A stretch of DNA of 63,782 nt, counting the filler, from Lenisia limosa (taxonomy: Eukaryota > Protista > Breviatea): the NCBI GenBank assembly GCA_001655205.1. It is 10 parts of 10 records of this genome, joined end to end, with 100 filler letters (N's around TTAATTAATTAA, not from the genome) between each part and the next. Parts side by side here need not be neighbours in the genome. Positions count along the whole stretch, not along the records: positions 7,009 to 25,248 come from LPNZ01006526.1; positions 25,349 to 36,812 come from LPNZ01006245.1; 8 more parts are not named here. One strand, written 5' to 3'. The notes below the pieces were generated by a model. The model was not told where the DNA came from and searched no databases. It was given only the letters and a program-made list of their open reading frames with translations. Made by a program: the position numbers and the translations under genes. This document shows, in pieces, positions 13,364-25,349 of the stretch; position 1 is the stretch's first letter, and every line of letters starts with the position of its first letter.

Positions 13364-14578
13364 GGCAACGGGCAAGCAACGGGTTGTTTGAACTTTGAAC
13401 GTTGAACAGGTTGTTTGCCCTGGCTGGCTGGCCTTGGCCCTGGCAGCCCTGGGCGGGCCCCAGCAAGGCTGCAGATCAAGCGGATCTGTTCACATTGTTC
13501 GTTTTTTGCTTTTCCCCCATTTGTCACCATGTCCCCATTGTGTCAATCGTGTCCTTTAGCTTGAGTCTGAAAGTCTTTACCATCTTTATATTGGGATTGA
13601 TTCAATCCAATCGAGGAAAATTCGACTCGGCTTTGTCGATTATTTGACATCTCGCTCTTCCTAACTGGACCGCTTTCATCAGTTTGAGCTTGTCTTCTTA
13701 AGAAAAATGCATAGCGCCAAGCTAACGGAAACCTACATTCTTGATTGACAGATTCCCTTTCTGGCCAATCCAAAATGGGACTCTTTAGCAATAAGAAGAA
13801 GAGGGAGAAGGAGGAGCGGGAACGTGAGGAATTAAGACAGGTTTGCCCATCTTGAAGGTTTAGGCACACCAAGATACGAATCTATATTTGACAAACATAA
13901 CTTCGCGTTTGTCTTCTGTCATGTTAACCGTTTAGAGGGAATTGGAACTTGCCCGCCAGCAAGTTGATCTTGAAAAACAAAGGGCGGAGATCGAAATAAT
14001 GAGACTCAAGGCTGAGGTCTGGACTGGGTCTTTGGGAAAATAATGAGATTGCAACTTTCTCACATTTTTTCTGTTTTGTCCTGTTTTTGTTTTCTTTTTT
14101 TTCCTTTCACATACTACTACTATACTTTGAACGTTGAACAGGTTGTTTGCCNNNNNNNNNNNNNNNNNNNNNNNNNNNNNNNNNNNNNNNNNNNNNNNNN
14201 NNNNNNNNNNNNNNNNNNNNNNNNNNNACCCATATATTGGAATGATATTGCTTAACTGTACTTTCCCAGGATAATCATATGTTTCTTTGTTATGTACCAC
14301 TGACAATCTAGATGGCCCAGATGCAGCAATCCCAAGTAGCACAGCAACCTGTTTGTGGCATGTTGTCTTTGTCTTTGTGGCCATGAGGGGGGTTGTCAAA
14401 ACCCAGCATGTATAGAAGTGATAATAGGTTACTACGGAGCATTATTTATTCACCCTTTATGGTTTAATTAAGCTTCCTCTTTTGTAAGAGTCCATTCCAA
14501 CAAGCCTTAATTTTACGCCCAAGGCCCACCAACCTTCCGAACCCGAAACGGAAGGAAAGAGTCGCCCAGTTAGCACCA

Positions 14579-17500
14579 ATGATAGTTGGAGATGCTGAGA
14601 TGGGATTCCAATCCGTTTTCCACAAGCATATACTCTTCCTGGTGTTAACTCGTTCAGACGGTTATAACAAAGGATTGAACCTTATTATTCATGTAAATAA
14701 TGTATTAACTTGGTTAATAAAAACGTTAAATGTTAACTCGCTAGTGTCGGAGCAACTGACGTGTTGCGTTTGTATGGATATCTTTGATGATCCTGTGATC
14801 AACAGCTGCGGACATAACGTCTGTCGCAAGCATATCAGCGTAGGTGTGGGGACTTTTAATGAGATAATATTGGATATTGGGTTTGTTTTGTCAGGCGATT
14901 TTTGACTTGTCTTTGAAAAACAGTTCCGAAGAGTTTCTCACACATTCCAGAAGTTACACGGCCAATGCCCCACCTGCCGGAAGAGTTGGGATAGCGACAC
15001 GTCGAACTACTCTCTCAAAGACATTATCAGGGTGAGCCATATCTCTCAGAACAATTCAATGATGTTAATGTCTCATGATATACAACATGAGATTATATTT
15101 TGACTAGCAGCCGCACTGAACGTTGATCAATTTTTTTTCTGAAACATTGAAGAGTATGTAACTATATAGACCTTCAATGCTGGTGATCTTGCTGAGTCCC
15201 CCTCCGCTGCCCAACAAGAGTTTGTGGCAACTGATGTGAATTATGAACTTGTGCAAAATGTTGCTACCATTTTCCTATTTGCGCGGATAAAAACAGGTGT
15301 TTGATGCACAGCTGTATATAAAGCGGTTTTTACTTGTCAATACTTGCGATAGTGCCCATAATCTGACTAATTAAGGAGACAGCCCGCTAGAGTGGTTGCC
15401 TCAATTTCGGAGGCACCTTTCCAGCCAAGTGTAGGTTGGGGTGAATATGGGGTTCTCTTTTTGAATTTCCATTTTTTTTATCTTTTCAGAGTGGATGGAA
15501 TGATGAGACTGACGAATTACCAGGTTTGACACCATTCGGCTATTAAAAGGCGGGATTCCATATTGGAAACCCCATGATATTGGATAATTTCAAGGCATTG
15601 AACGGACCCTTGAATACTCTCTTGGGATTTATTTTTGTGTGTGGTGATTTTGGCGTATGTTCAACTTTAGATTAAGAATTCTATCCACATGTGTCCCGGA
15701 TAATATCCAAGACATTTTCCTGTTTTTTTTTTTGGGTATTTTCATGTATTGACATAAATTTATTGAGCATAATTTTACTTGCTCTCTTTTAGGTAAGCTT
15801 GAAGACATGTCCGATGCCCCACTTACTGAGGATGAGAAGCATGATGGTCAAAAGGTGGGGTTACGAGTAAAGGGCTGTTAATCTAATGATTTTGATGCTC
15901 AAATGGCTGAGGCATAGTATCGAAGTTTTTCAAAGATTTATTATTGAGAGGAGTGTTTACTGATGTCACCTTCCCAGCTACTTGTTACGCGACTTCTCTT
16001 TTCAAAAGTAGCCAATAAAGACCCCGAACACCTGCTGCCAGGTACGCTTCTCATCATTGTCCCAACTAATAATCCTAACTATGCTGGGAGGCACGCAGAA
16101 AGCTGTGTGCACAGATTTGTGCGACAAATGATTGGGTGAATTAATATTATACTATAATTCAATATTCTTATAAACGTGATGGTGTGGATGGCTTCGGCTA
16201 GATAAAACCTTGTTTTTTTAAAGATAATCGGTTTAGAAATCCTCTCCACGTGGAATGAGATCGAGGGTCGAGAGAGTCGTGATAAGTTCTTCCTCTTCCT
16301 TGACCAGTTGGCCTGGGTGGAGTATTAACCTTTCATAATGACATATGCGTGGAGATATTTCATCGATGAATATCTTCATTCAGTCTTTATTGTATGACTA
16401 TTTAGAACGAAAGCCATGTCAACAGATGGTTTGTGAGATTCTCTTTACCTGATTTGCTGACTAAATATCTCAATCAGACAAGTCAAATGGTTTATTTTCC
16501 TATAATTCTAATTAATCTCAAATAAGCATTCAGCTTTTTGACAACAATGCTCAACTCTTTAGATGCCTCAGTTCGTATCATGAACATTTTGGGCTTCCCC
16601 CAAGAAATCAACAGAGTGGGGCTATTCTCACTACAAACTGCCTCGAAAGGCCTCCAAATAACATGGTTTATGAGGTGGCTATATTTCATAAACAACTAGG
16701 TGGTTCAATTTTAATCGTCAACCCTCTGCTGGGTTTATGTCTGCTGTATGTCACTGTGTTTTACCTTTGGGGTTGTTTTTGCATGTTGTCAAAATGTTCA
16801 TTCTCCCTAACCTCCTCTGATGGTTTACACCAATGTCCCTTATAGGGCTTCACTTCGGTTCGAAAAAAAGACTGAATTTCTCGATAAATCCTCGAAAACT
16901 GTCGATATTTTACCGGGTTTTTTTGAACCGAAGTGAAGTCCAAGTCCCTTAGTTTCATCCCTTCAGCTCCTGGGACTATTCAACCGAAAGGAAGACAGAA
17001 TGATCATCAACGGCCTGCTATTTGCCCTCGGAAACATGATGACCGCGACACCAGAACGACAGGATTCGGATGTCCTCAAGGCCGGCCTTTTGTCTAACGT
17101 CGTAAAGGCTCTTGAGAACAACATCAATGACACTGATATTTTCGAGTTAGGAGGATGGCCAAATAACATACTGTTCATGATAGCGTCGCCCAGTTGATGG
17201 GTGTACTTTCTCAATAGCCCTGTATGACTCTCTTGGAGAAGCCATTATTGAGCTTCGACCCCCATTATTGAGCTTCGCATTGACCCCCCTTTAGGTATTC
17301 AGTCGGAATTGCGAGCAACGTCAAAGGCAATTGTGAGGGGGGGGGGGCAAGAGAAATAGAAGGGGGAGAGGAGCATATTATGTAATTTTAGAAACAAATT
17401 GGATCAAAATTCAACTTTATTCGAGATTCAAGCGATTAGTTAAAAATAATTGAATATAAGATATACCGCGCGAATCGCTCAGATTGCTATTTTGTCTTTT

Positions 17501-20500
17501 TTTAAGATTGTTTCTGTCTCCTTACGTCATTTACAATGGTAGTGCTTGCGGCCTTATTTATGGGGTCAGACGAAAGTTTCTTCAAAGTCGTCATCAAAGG
17601 CAGGGGGGGGGGNNNNNNNNNNNNNNNNNNNNNNNNNNNNNNNNNNNNNNNNNNNNNNNNNNNNNNNNNNNNNNNNNNNNGTCATTTGGCCTTTGTACCC
17701 TCACTATCCAAGTGTCTCTTTTTTGCTTTATTCACTATTGGGAGGGAACATGTGAAAATTGGTACGAAGAGCATAATTCATCATCAACCACCGCAGGTTT
17801 TAGTTAACACCCCAGGCTTTAAGCTTCATCACTGCAACGAAGGTGCCTCATCCCGCGCAGTGAGACTCCTGGCTGGCTTCTTTGCCAAGTTTGGCAAGGG
17901 TGAGCTTCAAAATGATACTTGTTTCAAAGGGCGTCGAGAGGTTTCTATAAATGCCGCGATATTGTGTTATTTTGTATGAGGTGTTTTTTTGTGCATGATG
18001 ATGCGGATGCTTCGCACAGATGTCTCTTTAGTAGTTTTTTTTCATTTTACCTGTGGTGTAAGCTAGCATATTACCATATTGGGAATGTCTTGTTGAAGTT
18101 ACCAGATAGGGATGGCATTGTTGAAGTTACCATATAGGGGATGGTCTTGTTGATGGACCCGTGCGGCAGTTCCTTGCCAGTGAGGAGAACCTCAAATTCT
18201 ATTCCGACTTCCTTCTTGAAGTGTGGGGGTATTCTTATAAATAATAAGCTAAATTTCCGCTATAATCCATTGATTTTAACGTCTTTTGAATTCCCCTTTC
18301 TTACTATTCAAAGGGACAGGATTAGATCAGATCTGTCACAATTTTTGCGCTCCTATTATTCGCCTTTCTTCTTCACTATACAGCACCACCACTACCCAAC
18401 TCATACGGAGTGCATGATAGACTTCCTCCATCATCTCTCCTCTTCAGGTACGACTGGAGGGTCAGGTCAAACAGAAGTCTTGGATCCCTGTTGAAGGGTT
18501 TTGTTCATTCTGTGAACCTGATTACAACCCATTATCTTCAAATATTCAACTTCATGGTGCCATCACTTTGATCGCTACTATTGCAACATCATGAACTTTT
18601 AATTCGCTGTAGACTCTGTCAGCCGAAATTTTGCTAGAAGTGTTGTGCCCGAAACCGCTTGTCGCTTATTGGTGTGTAGGGGATTAGCGAGGGGACTATT
18701 TTGTCTTTTTGGTGAATTTTGGGAAGAGAGGTACTCAGACATATTGAATTGCTGAAATGGGATTATTTCCAGACTCCCCCCGATAAACTCTCTTCAAGTT
18801 ACCTTCGTTTTACTTACCCCTTCTGCCACCTCCCCCCTTTTCGTTATTTTCTACCCTTTTGTGATTCATGGTATTTTTTAACTGTTTCATAAATTTTCCA
18901 ATTTTACCCCATGCGGTGCTGCTGTTATAAACCCTCGTGTGTTGTCAGCCAACAGAGTTGGTTTTGGGCTTTTTTTGTTTCATAAATTATCCGATCCCCC
19001 TCCACTCCCACCCTCAGGTAAGAGAAATGAGACGACCCAATGTGAACGTGGATTTCTTTCCTGGCTGCTTGGGCGTTCTTCTACATGCGGGTCGCGCTAA
19101 TGCCTCAGGTGGGGGGCTATATGCTTGGGGGCTTCACTTTGAAGACTGAATTTCTCGTTAAATCCTCGAAAACTATCGGTATTTTACTGGTATTTTCGAA
19201 CCAAAGCGAGGCCTTTGGAGGTTTCGAATGTATCATCATCCCTTACATTGAAGTTTTGCTTACATTAAATAATTCCCTCTTACATTGAAACATTTCCCAC
19301 TTCACATTGAAGCCTTGTTTTCTCTTGACGTTCCGGAGAAGATTTTTAAGTTCATGCAGGCCGCTCATACGGTATGATCATGGGTACTCATACCGTGTGA
19401 TAATATTTACTCAGACAGTGTGATAATGGGTTATTGTGTACTCTGTGAAAGGATGAGCACACTCACAACAATGCGCAATAAGTAAAAGCTAACTCAAGAA
19501 TATTCGACTTTGTTCGGCAGTTTCCACTGTGGTTTTTACCTTTCATTCTCCTACTGTCGGAGTTTCACCCTCTTCAGTTTTTAATAAGACATAATATACT
19601 ACAATACATATTCAGGGAAGCAAATAAGTACACCAATCGCCTTAACATGCGTAGTAACCCCATTATTTGTGTTATTTCGTGGTTTCTTCGCTTGATTATG
19701 TTATTACATCTTGATTTACTCCTTTTCGCCATGTTTAACCCAGCACAGCAATTTCCGTCAACTACTCGGAATAAGAGTGGCTTCTCCGACCTCATCTCCA
19801 ACTGCTGCCTTGCGGTCAAGGCTTATCTTGTCAATTGTGGGTCTATCTTGTCGGGTTATTCACTGTGGGCTGTCTGCTGGGGAGGCACGAAAACAGCTGT
19901 GTGCACAGAGTTGTAAGGCAAATGATTGGGTGAATTAATATTATAATACTACAAACCAATATCTTTTATAAGCGAGATGGTGTGGACGGCTTTGGTCAGA
20001 CACACCTTTGTTTTGTTTCCCATCTATATGCAGTCATTTGTGGGTTGTCTTGTATTGGAATTGGGTTGGTCGTGGTATTGGAAATTAGAACTGGTGAACT
20101 GTGCCTAGTTGCCCAATATTGCACTTTCTATCTCTCATTTCATCTTGAAACTTGAAGATCCCCGAAGTAATACACGTAAGATTATGTGTAATATACACTG
20201 GCCTGATACAGCCTTTCTGTATTCAATCATTTCATGAAGTTAGTGATCTATTATAGCTTCTGGTTTCTATAGTTGTTCATATTTTGGCTTTAGTTCACAA
20301 TTTTCATGAAACGTCGATTCACGATCAATTCATCCCAATAAAATGAACTCCTTTCTCCTACCTTGCACGGTGTTAACATTGCAGATTCGAACCCGAAACT
20401 GATCCCGTCCGAGGCCTTTGCAGCCCTCCGAGACGTTATGGACTACTCCCCCGAACCCGTGCTCAACATCCTCATGGTCATCATGGTGTCTGGTGGGGGN

Positions 20501-23500
20501 NNNNNNNNNNNNNNNNNNNNNNNNNNNNNNNNNNNNNNNNNNNNNNNNNNNNNNNNNNNNNNNNNNNNNNNNNNNNNNNNNNNNNNNNNNNNNNNNNNNN
20601 NNNCTTTGTTGTTATCTGTTTTGGGGGTTACCTTATACTCTCTTTTTGTTTGAGTTTTCACCAGAATCCGATATATTTTTAAAGTTATTAGTATGATGGT
20701 ACGACTGTGACTTTTTCTTATTTCATATAGTATGTACTTTTCCAGTTTCTTGCACAATTTACCAACTCCTTAGACCGTTTGGACTACTTATGGGAGTCAG
20801 CTACCGGGGTGAATCTACTGAATAAATTGAAAAGAGTTGGGGGGGGGGGGGNNNNNNNNNNNNNNNNNNNNNNNNNNNNNNNNNNNNNNNNNNNNNNNNN
20901 NNNNNNNNNNNNNNNNNNNNNNNNNNNNNNNNNNNNNNNNNNNNNNNNNNNNNNNNNNNNNNNNNCCATAATATGGATGGATGGCTTTTACATAAATTCA
21001 TGTTTCATAAATGCTTTATGCAAGATATCTCTGCGTCACCAAAAGGCAAATGATTGGGTGAATTATATATGATATGCATGAATCATTAACATATGATGGT
21101 ATGTTCAGTGCGGTGCCCTCTAGTTTTTCTCTCATTTCATCCCAGACGTATTGTGCGAATAAAGACCTTGCGGACAAATCGGAGCAACTTCAAATGATCA
21201 TCCCTCTCTTTGCCAGGAAAAACAGTACGGGTACTTTCTTTAGTTGCATTTTCTGATAAGAAGCATTTATGGTTTTTAATGGATGTTGATATTTCTGTTT
21301 AATGTCTCTTTGAATACCTGATAAGACTGATCTTAGCTTTTGCGAGATACTATTTTTCATTTCTTAATCCACATGTTTCAGTTTTAGAGGCATATTTACT
21401 GTTTCAGAGGTTCACTGTGAGAGTCTCATTGCTTCCGAAATAATGAATATCCCCCAGGTATACCCAAACGGGTGAGTGGGCTGCAGTACGTCAGGTATAC
21501 CCTAACGGGTGAGTGGCTGCGGTACGTTAGGTATACCCAAACGGGTGAGTGGGCTGCAGTATGTCAGGTATACCCAAACGGGTGACTGGGCTGCGGTACG
21601 TTTTGCACAAAACCCTTCAAATCTTCCCCGGTATAGGAGAAATAGGCTGAGAGTGCTGTCCACCGGGTGATAAAGTTATTAATATCTATCAGAGTTTTTC
21701 GAAGAAGTCCTGTTTTATTACAGAGGGAGCGCATAGCTTTGCAACAATTCATGATTCTGCTCACTATTCAGGGATAGCGGCTGTCAGTTCTGGGGCGCTG
21801 TGTCAACTAAAGGTGGGTAGGGCGATACTCAATCGTTCTGTATTTCTCGCTGTCAATATTTCTCTATAGAATAGCAGGATCCTGAAGCCATCTTTCTCAT
21901 CTTAATGTTTAGATGTTCTCATGGATTGGATCTTCCGAAACCACAACATTTATGACTTGGTATGGGTTCCTCAGTGTGTCTCTTTAACTACTCCTTCACA
22001 CACCCCCGGGGCCTTCATTACCTTCACACCCCCGGGCCTTCATTACCCTACACTAGACATATATTCCCTCTTCAACATTGTTCAACCTATCTATGCACAT
22101 CTATTCAACAACCCCCGTCTCTAACCAACCACGTAGATCTTCAATGCCTATGAAAAGAGCTCGAAGTCAGAGGAGTCGTTACACGGTGCATGTGTTGGAA
22201 TGCATAACCTCAGCACTAACTGTAGGCGCAGGATGGATATGAGGCCCACTTAGGATGGATATGTGTCGATCGAAGGACTGTTGATTTCAGAAGTATTATG
22301 CATATCATATATTAATATTACCTATCTATCATACTACGATATTAATTACATAGTATTGCTGAGACCATGCCACGTTATCTTCCCCATGTTGTCCCTGTGA
22401 CCCCCCCCCCCCNNNNNNNNNNNNNNNNNNNNNNNNNNNNNNNNNNNNNNNNNNNNNNNNNNNNNNNNNNNNNNNNNNNNNNNNNNNNNNNNNNNNNNNN
22501 NNGTGTTACTCCCTCGGTCATAAATGTGGGTGGTTTTGCCTCGTTCCCACGCACATCCCCACAGATTTGGGCCTTCTTATCGGATCTGCTCTGGATTTAT
22601 TCATCCAAGAATTCAACTCCATGGAGATAGTGATTTGGTCCTTCTTGGACTAAAATGAAGCCCTAGTGTACCCGTTATTTGAGCGTTTCGTGTTCCAAAT
22701 GATATAAATATCAAGCATATCAGATAATCTAGCCTTTGAAACCACTTTATCAGTTCTTCATCAGACCATCCCTTCACTCATCAGACGTTCTTATCAATGT
22801 ACGAGATTCACTCTCCCTCCACGCGTTGCCTTGAATGCGTCATCTTCTTCTTACGCAATGTAAAGAATGAGAAACGTGAGCCCAAAGCAGGGGTTCCTGG
22901 GAAGGGGGCTTTTTATTGAGTGGGAAGTTGGAATAACAAAGTAATGGGACCTTGTTTAAAAAAAGAGAGGGGATATTCTTTGAGCCTACCCTTCCTTACC
23001 CGGTCAGATACACCCTTGTTTTACCTCCGCTGTATATTATAAAATACTGTAATGTAAAAAGGTGTATCTTTGCGAACAATATGTTGCATGGAATGTGAGT
23101 ATTTTCATATTCAGCCTTTTTCCCAGTCTTATTGGCTGTCTAGGCTCGGTCATTACGAATGAGGTGAAACAGAAGGTTGCCAAGTTTTACGAGGTAATTT
23201 CACCTGTGCAAGTCATCTTATCTTTTAATCACAAGTCTATTGTGCCTAGTGCTTCACTTCAGTTCAAAAAAACTCGATAAATTCTCGAAAACTTCGATAT
23301 GTACCGTTATTTTTTGAACCGAAGTGAAGCCCTAATTGTGCCCTTTTCTGTCCTTGACATATCAAAGAAGGCCAATCTCATAGAGGGAAGTGTAATACAG
23401 GGTAAACCTTTTTTTTAGCTCAGCCCTGTGCTGTTATTACGTATCGTTCTATATTGCATAAAAAAAACTGCATTTCTCGATAAATCCTCGATAAATATCG

Positions 23501-24074
23501 ATATTTGACCGGTCTTTTTTGGACCGTGGGAGCCCAATATACTATGATACAAATGTATAATACAACTCTATGATACTGTTTTGTTTACCCCTTAGAACAG
23601 CCAACCCAACCCCAACTGCCGCAGATTCTACGCCCAATTCAAAGACGATAATGATGATGGTTGGGGGGGGGGGGGCAAGGAAAATGGNNNNNNNNNNNNN
23701 NNNNNNNNNNNNNNNNNNNNNNNNNNNNNNNNNNNNNNNNNNNNNNNNNNNNNNAGATCCTTTGAGTCGACCTTTCATTAGTTTCCTTCTTACCCCCCCG
23801 ACTCGGGCTTGTTTTTGTTTGTGTTTTTTGTCATCTGGCTTTTGTCTTGTTGTAGCGTTGGTTGCTCGTGTTTGTTATTCCTTTTTATTTGTGTTTGGAG
23901 TTTCAGATTATTCGGTTCGTGATTAGTACCTTTACTCCAATTTCATCGATTCCTTCGTTTTACCTTAGAGTTGATTTGGGTTTTTGTTTTTACTCCTCAG
24001 ACAGCGATGACGACGCAGAAGTTAACCAGTTGCTCAGAGCGCTGTTCATTAGCGCAGCCCTGCATGCCTCCTAA
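14579..24074 (+). CDS. RING-finger plus ARM/HEAT-like repeat protein (putative E3 ligase), dozens of exons; may be more than one gene
   Basis: Exons 14745-14839 and 14951-15031 splice in frame to CCVCMDIFDDPVINSCGHNVCRKHISKLHGQCPTC (RING). Later exons look ARM-like (IINGLLFALGNMMTATPERQDSDVLKAGLLSNVVKALENN). Same-strand exons continue to DSDDDAEVNQLLRALFISAALHAS* (stop 24074). Confidence 0.6.
16845..16941. mobile_element. MITE family M copy
   Basis: GGGCTTCACTTCGGTTCGAAAAAA...TTTTTTGAACCGAAGTGAAGTCC; intronic. Confidence 0.9.
21455..21601 (+). repeat. 4 x 36-37 bp tandem repeat containing AG and GTGAGT splice signals
   Basis: Unit CAGGTATACCCAAACGGGTGAGTGGGCTGCAGTACGT, contiguous with no spacers. 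Confidence 0.9.
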
Positions 24075-24395
24075 CTCTATCATATTCCCAGTATATTTAT
24101 ATGTTTTCATTTGTTATTATGATGATATTGCTTTTTGTTTTCTGTTTTTTTTTTATATTTCTTAAGAGTTTCTATAGAATTTTATTTTCAAACAATGATA
24201 AGGCACATCCCACACTCCCCTCCTCCTCACTTTCAGCGTAATAATATAATGATACGATATGCACCGAATCTCAACGCCCAAAAGTATGCTATTTGAGAGT
24301 AGTACAATAAAAGAAACAAAAGAATAGAGTTGAAACCCTCTTGTTAGAACCTAGAATAGAAGTACATATACTGTGGCATCAACAAAGAAAAACAA

Positions 24396-25003
24396 TCATC
24401 GAGAGGAGGCTGTGGGGCCGCCAGGAGGGAGAAACTGTCTAATACGCTCAACTACCAGGGAGAAGCTTGTTATGTCTGGGGGGAGGGGTGAGAGTAAGCT
24501 TGTTATGTCTGGGGGAGGGGTGAGAGTAATACAATAAACACATCTCATAGAAAAAAGAAAGAAAGAAAAGATGCTTGAAATGCCCAATAAGGAAACTCGG
24601 CCCACCCCCTGAGCTGCACGTGAAGACGATGTTGGCATTGCCGGTTTCCGAGTTGTTGAAGGGGATAAACTCGATCCGAATCTTTAGCGCTAAAACGTCA
24701 GCTGAAAAGAAAAAGGCTTCCAAGGTGTATGAAATGACGAGATAGACAAACGTGTTGATGCGGACGGCTTCAGTTAGAAACAAACAAACCATCACCATAC
24801 GTTGGAAACAAATCACCATACGCAAAATATCAAAGAGTCCATCCTTACGCCCCCCCCCCACGAGAAGGGCTTTCGAACTTGGCCTTGACGGACCGGGTGC
24901 GAGGGATGAGCTTGACCCTGGCCTTGAGGCTATCCAGACCCCTTCCGACACTTGTCCAAAGCTCAGCAAAAGGGCCACTAGCAAGGACAGTGATGACATT
25001 CTG
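24396..25003 (-). CDS. 3' end of a gene with a KA1 (kinase-associated-1)-like C-terminal domain
   Basis: Spliced exons give ...LKIRIEFIPFNNSETGNANIVFTCSSGDITSFSLVVERIRQFLPPGGPTASSR*. The SGD..F...VERI ending resembles MARK/MELK/Chk1 KA1 domains. Any kinase domain is outside this piece. Confidence 0.4.
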
Positions 25004-25349
25004 GGGGGGGGGGNNNNNNNNNNNNNNNNNNNNNNNNNNNNNNNNNNNNNNNNNNNNNNNNNNNNNNNNTCTGTTGGCTAACAACACATGAAGTTTGATA
25101 AAAACAGGGGGAGGGGGACAGGGGAGAAAACATAGGAAATTTCCATGAAGAATATTGGTGTAAAGGTACTAATCACGAACCGCATAATCTGAAGGGTAAA
25201 AAACTATTTGGGGGGAGAAGCCTAAAATCTTCTGGGGGGGGGGGGAAANNNNNNNNNNNNNNNNNNNNNNNNNNNNNNNNNNNNNNNNNNNNTTAATTAA
25301 TTAANNNNNNNNNNNNNNNNNNNNNNNNNNNNNNNNNNNNNNNNNNNNA

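Noticed and set aside
17600-17622. Frequent GC-AG (non-canonical) donors, e.g. AAAG|GCAGGGGG and family A 5' ends
   Set aside because: Nearby GT donors exist in each case; at ~44515 a GT donor gave the only frame-consistent splice, and the family A copy at 33938-34130 lies inside a GT intron. Needs RNA-seq.
21455-21601. 36-37 bp repeats as a CRISPR array
   Set aside because: Units are contiguous with no unique spacers, there are no cas genes, and the context is a eukaryotic intron.
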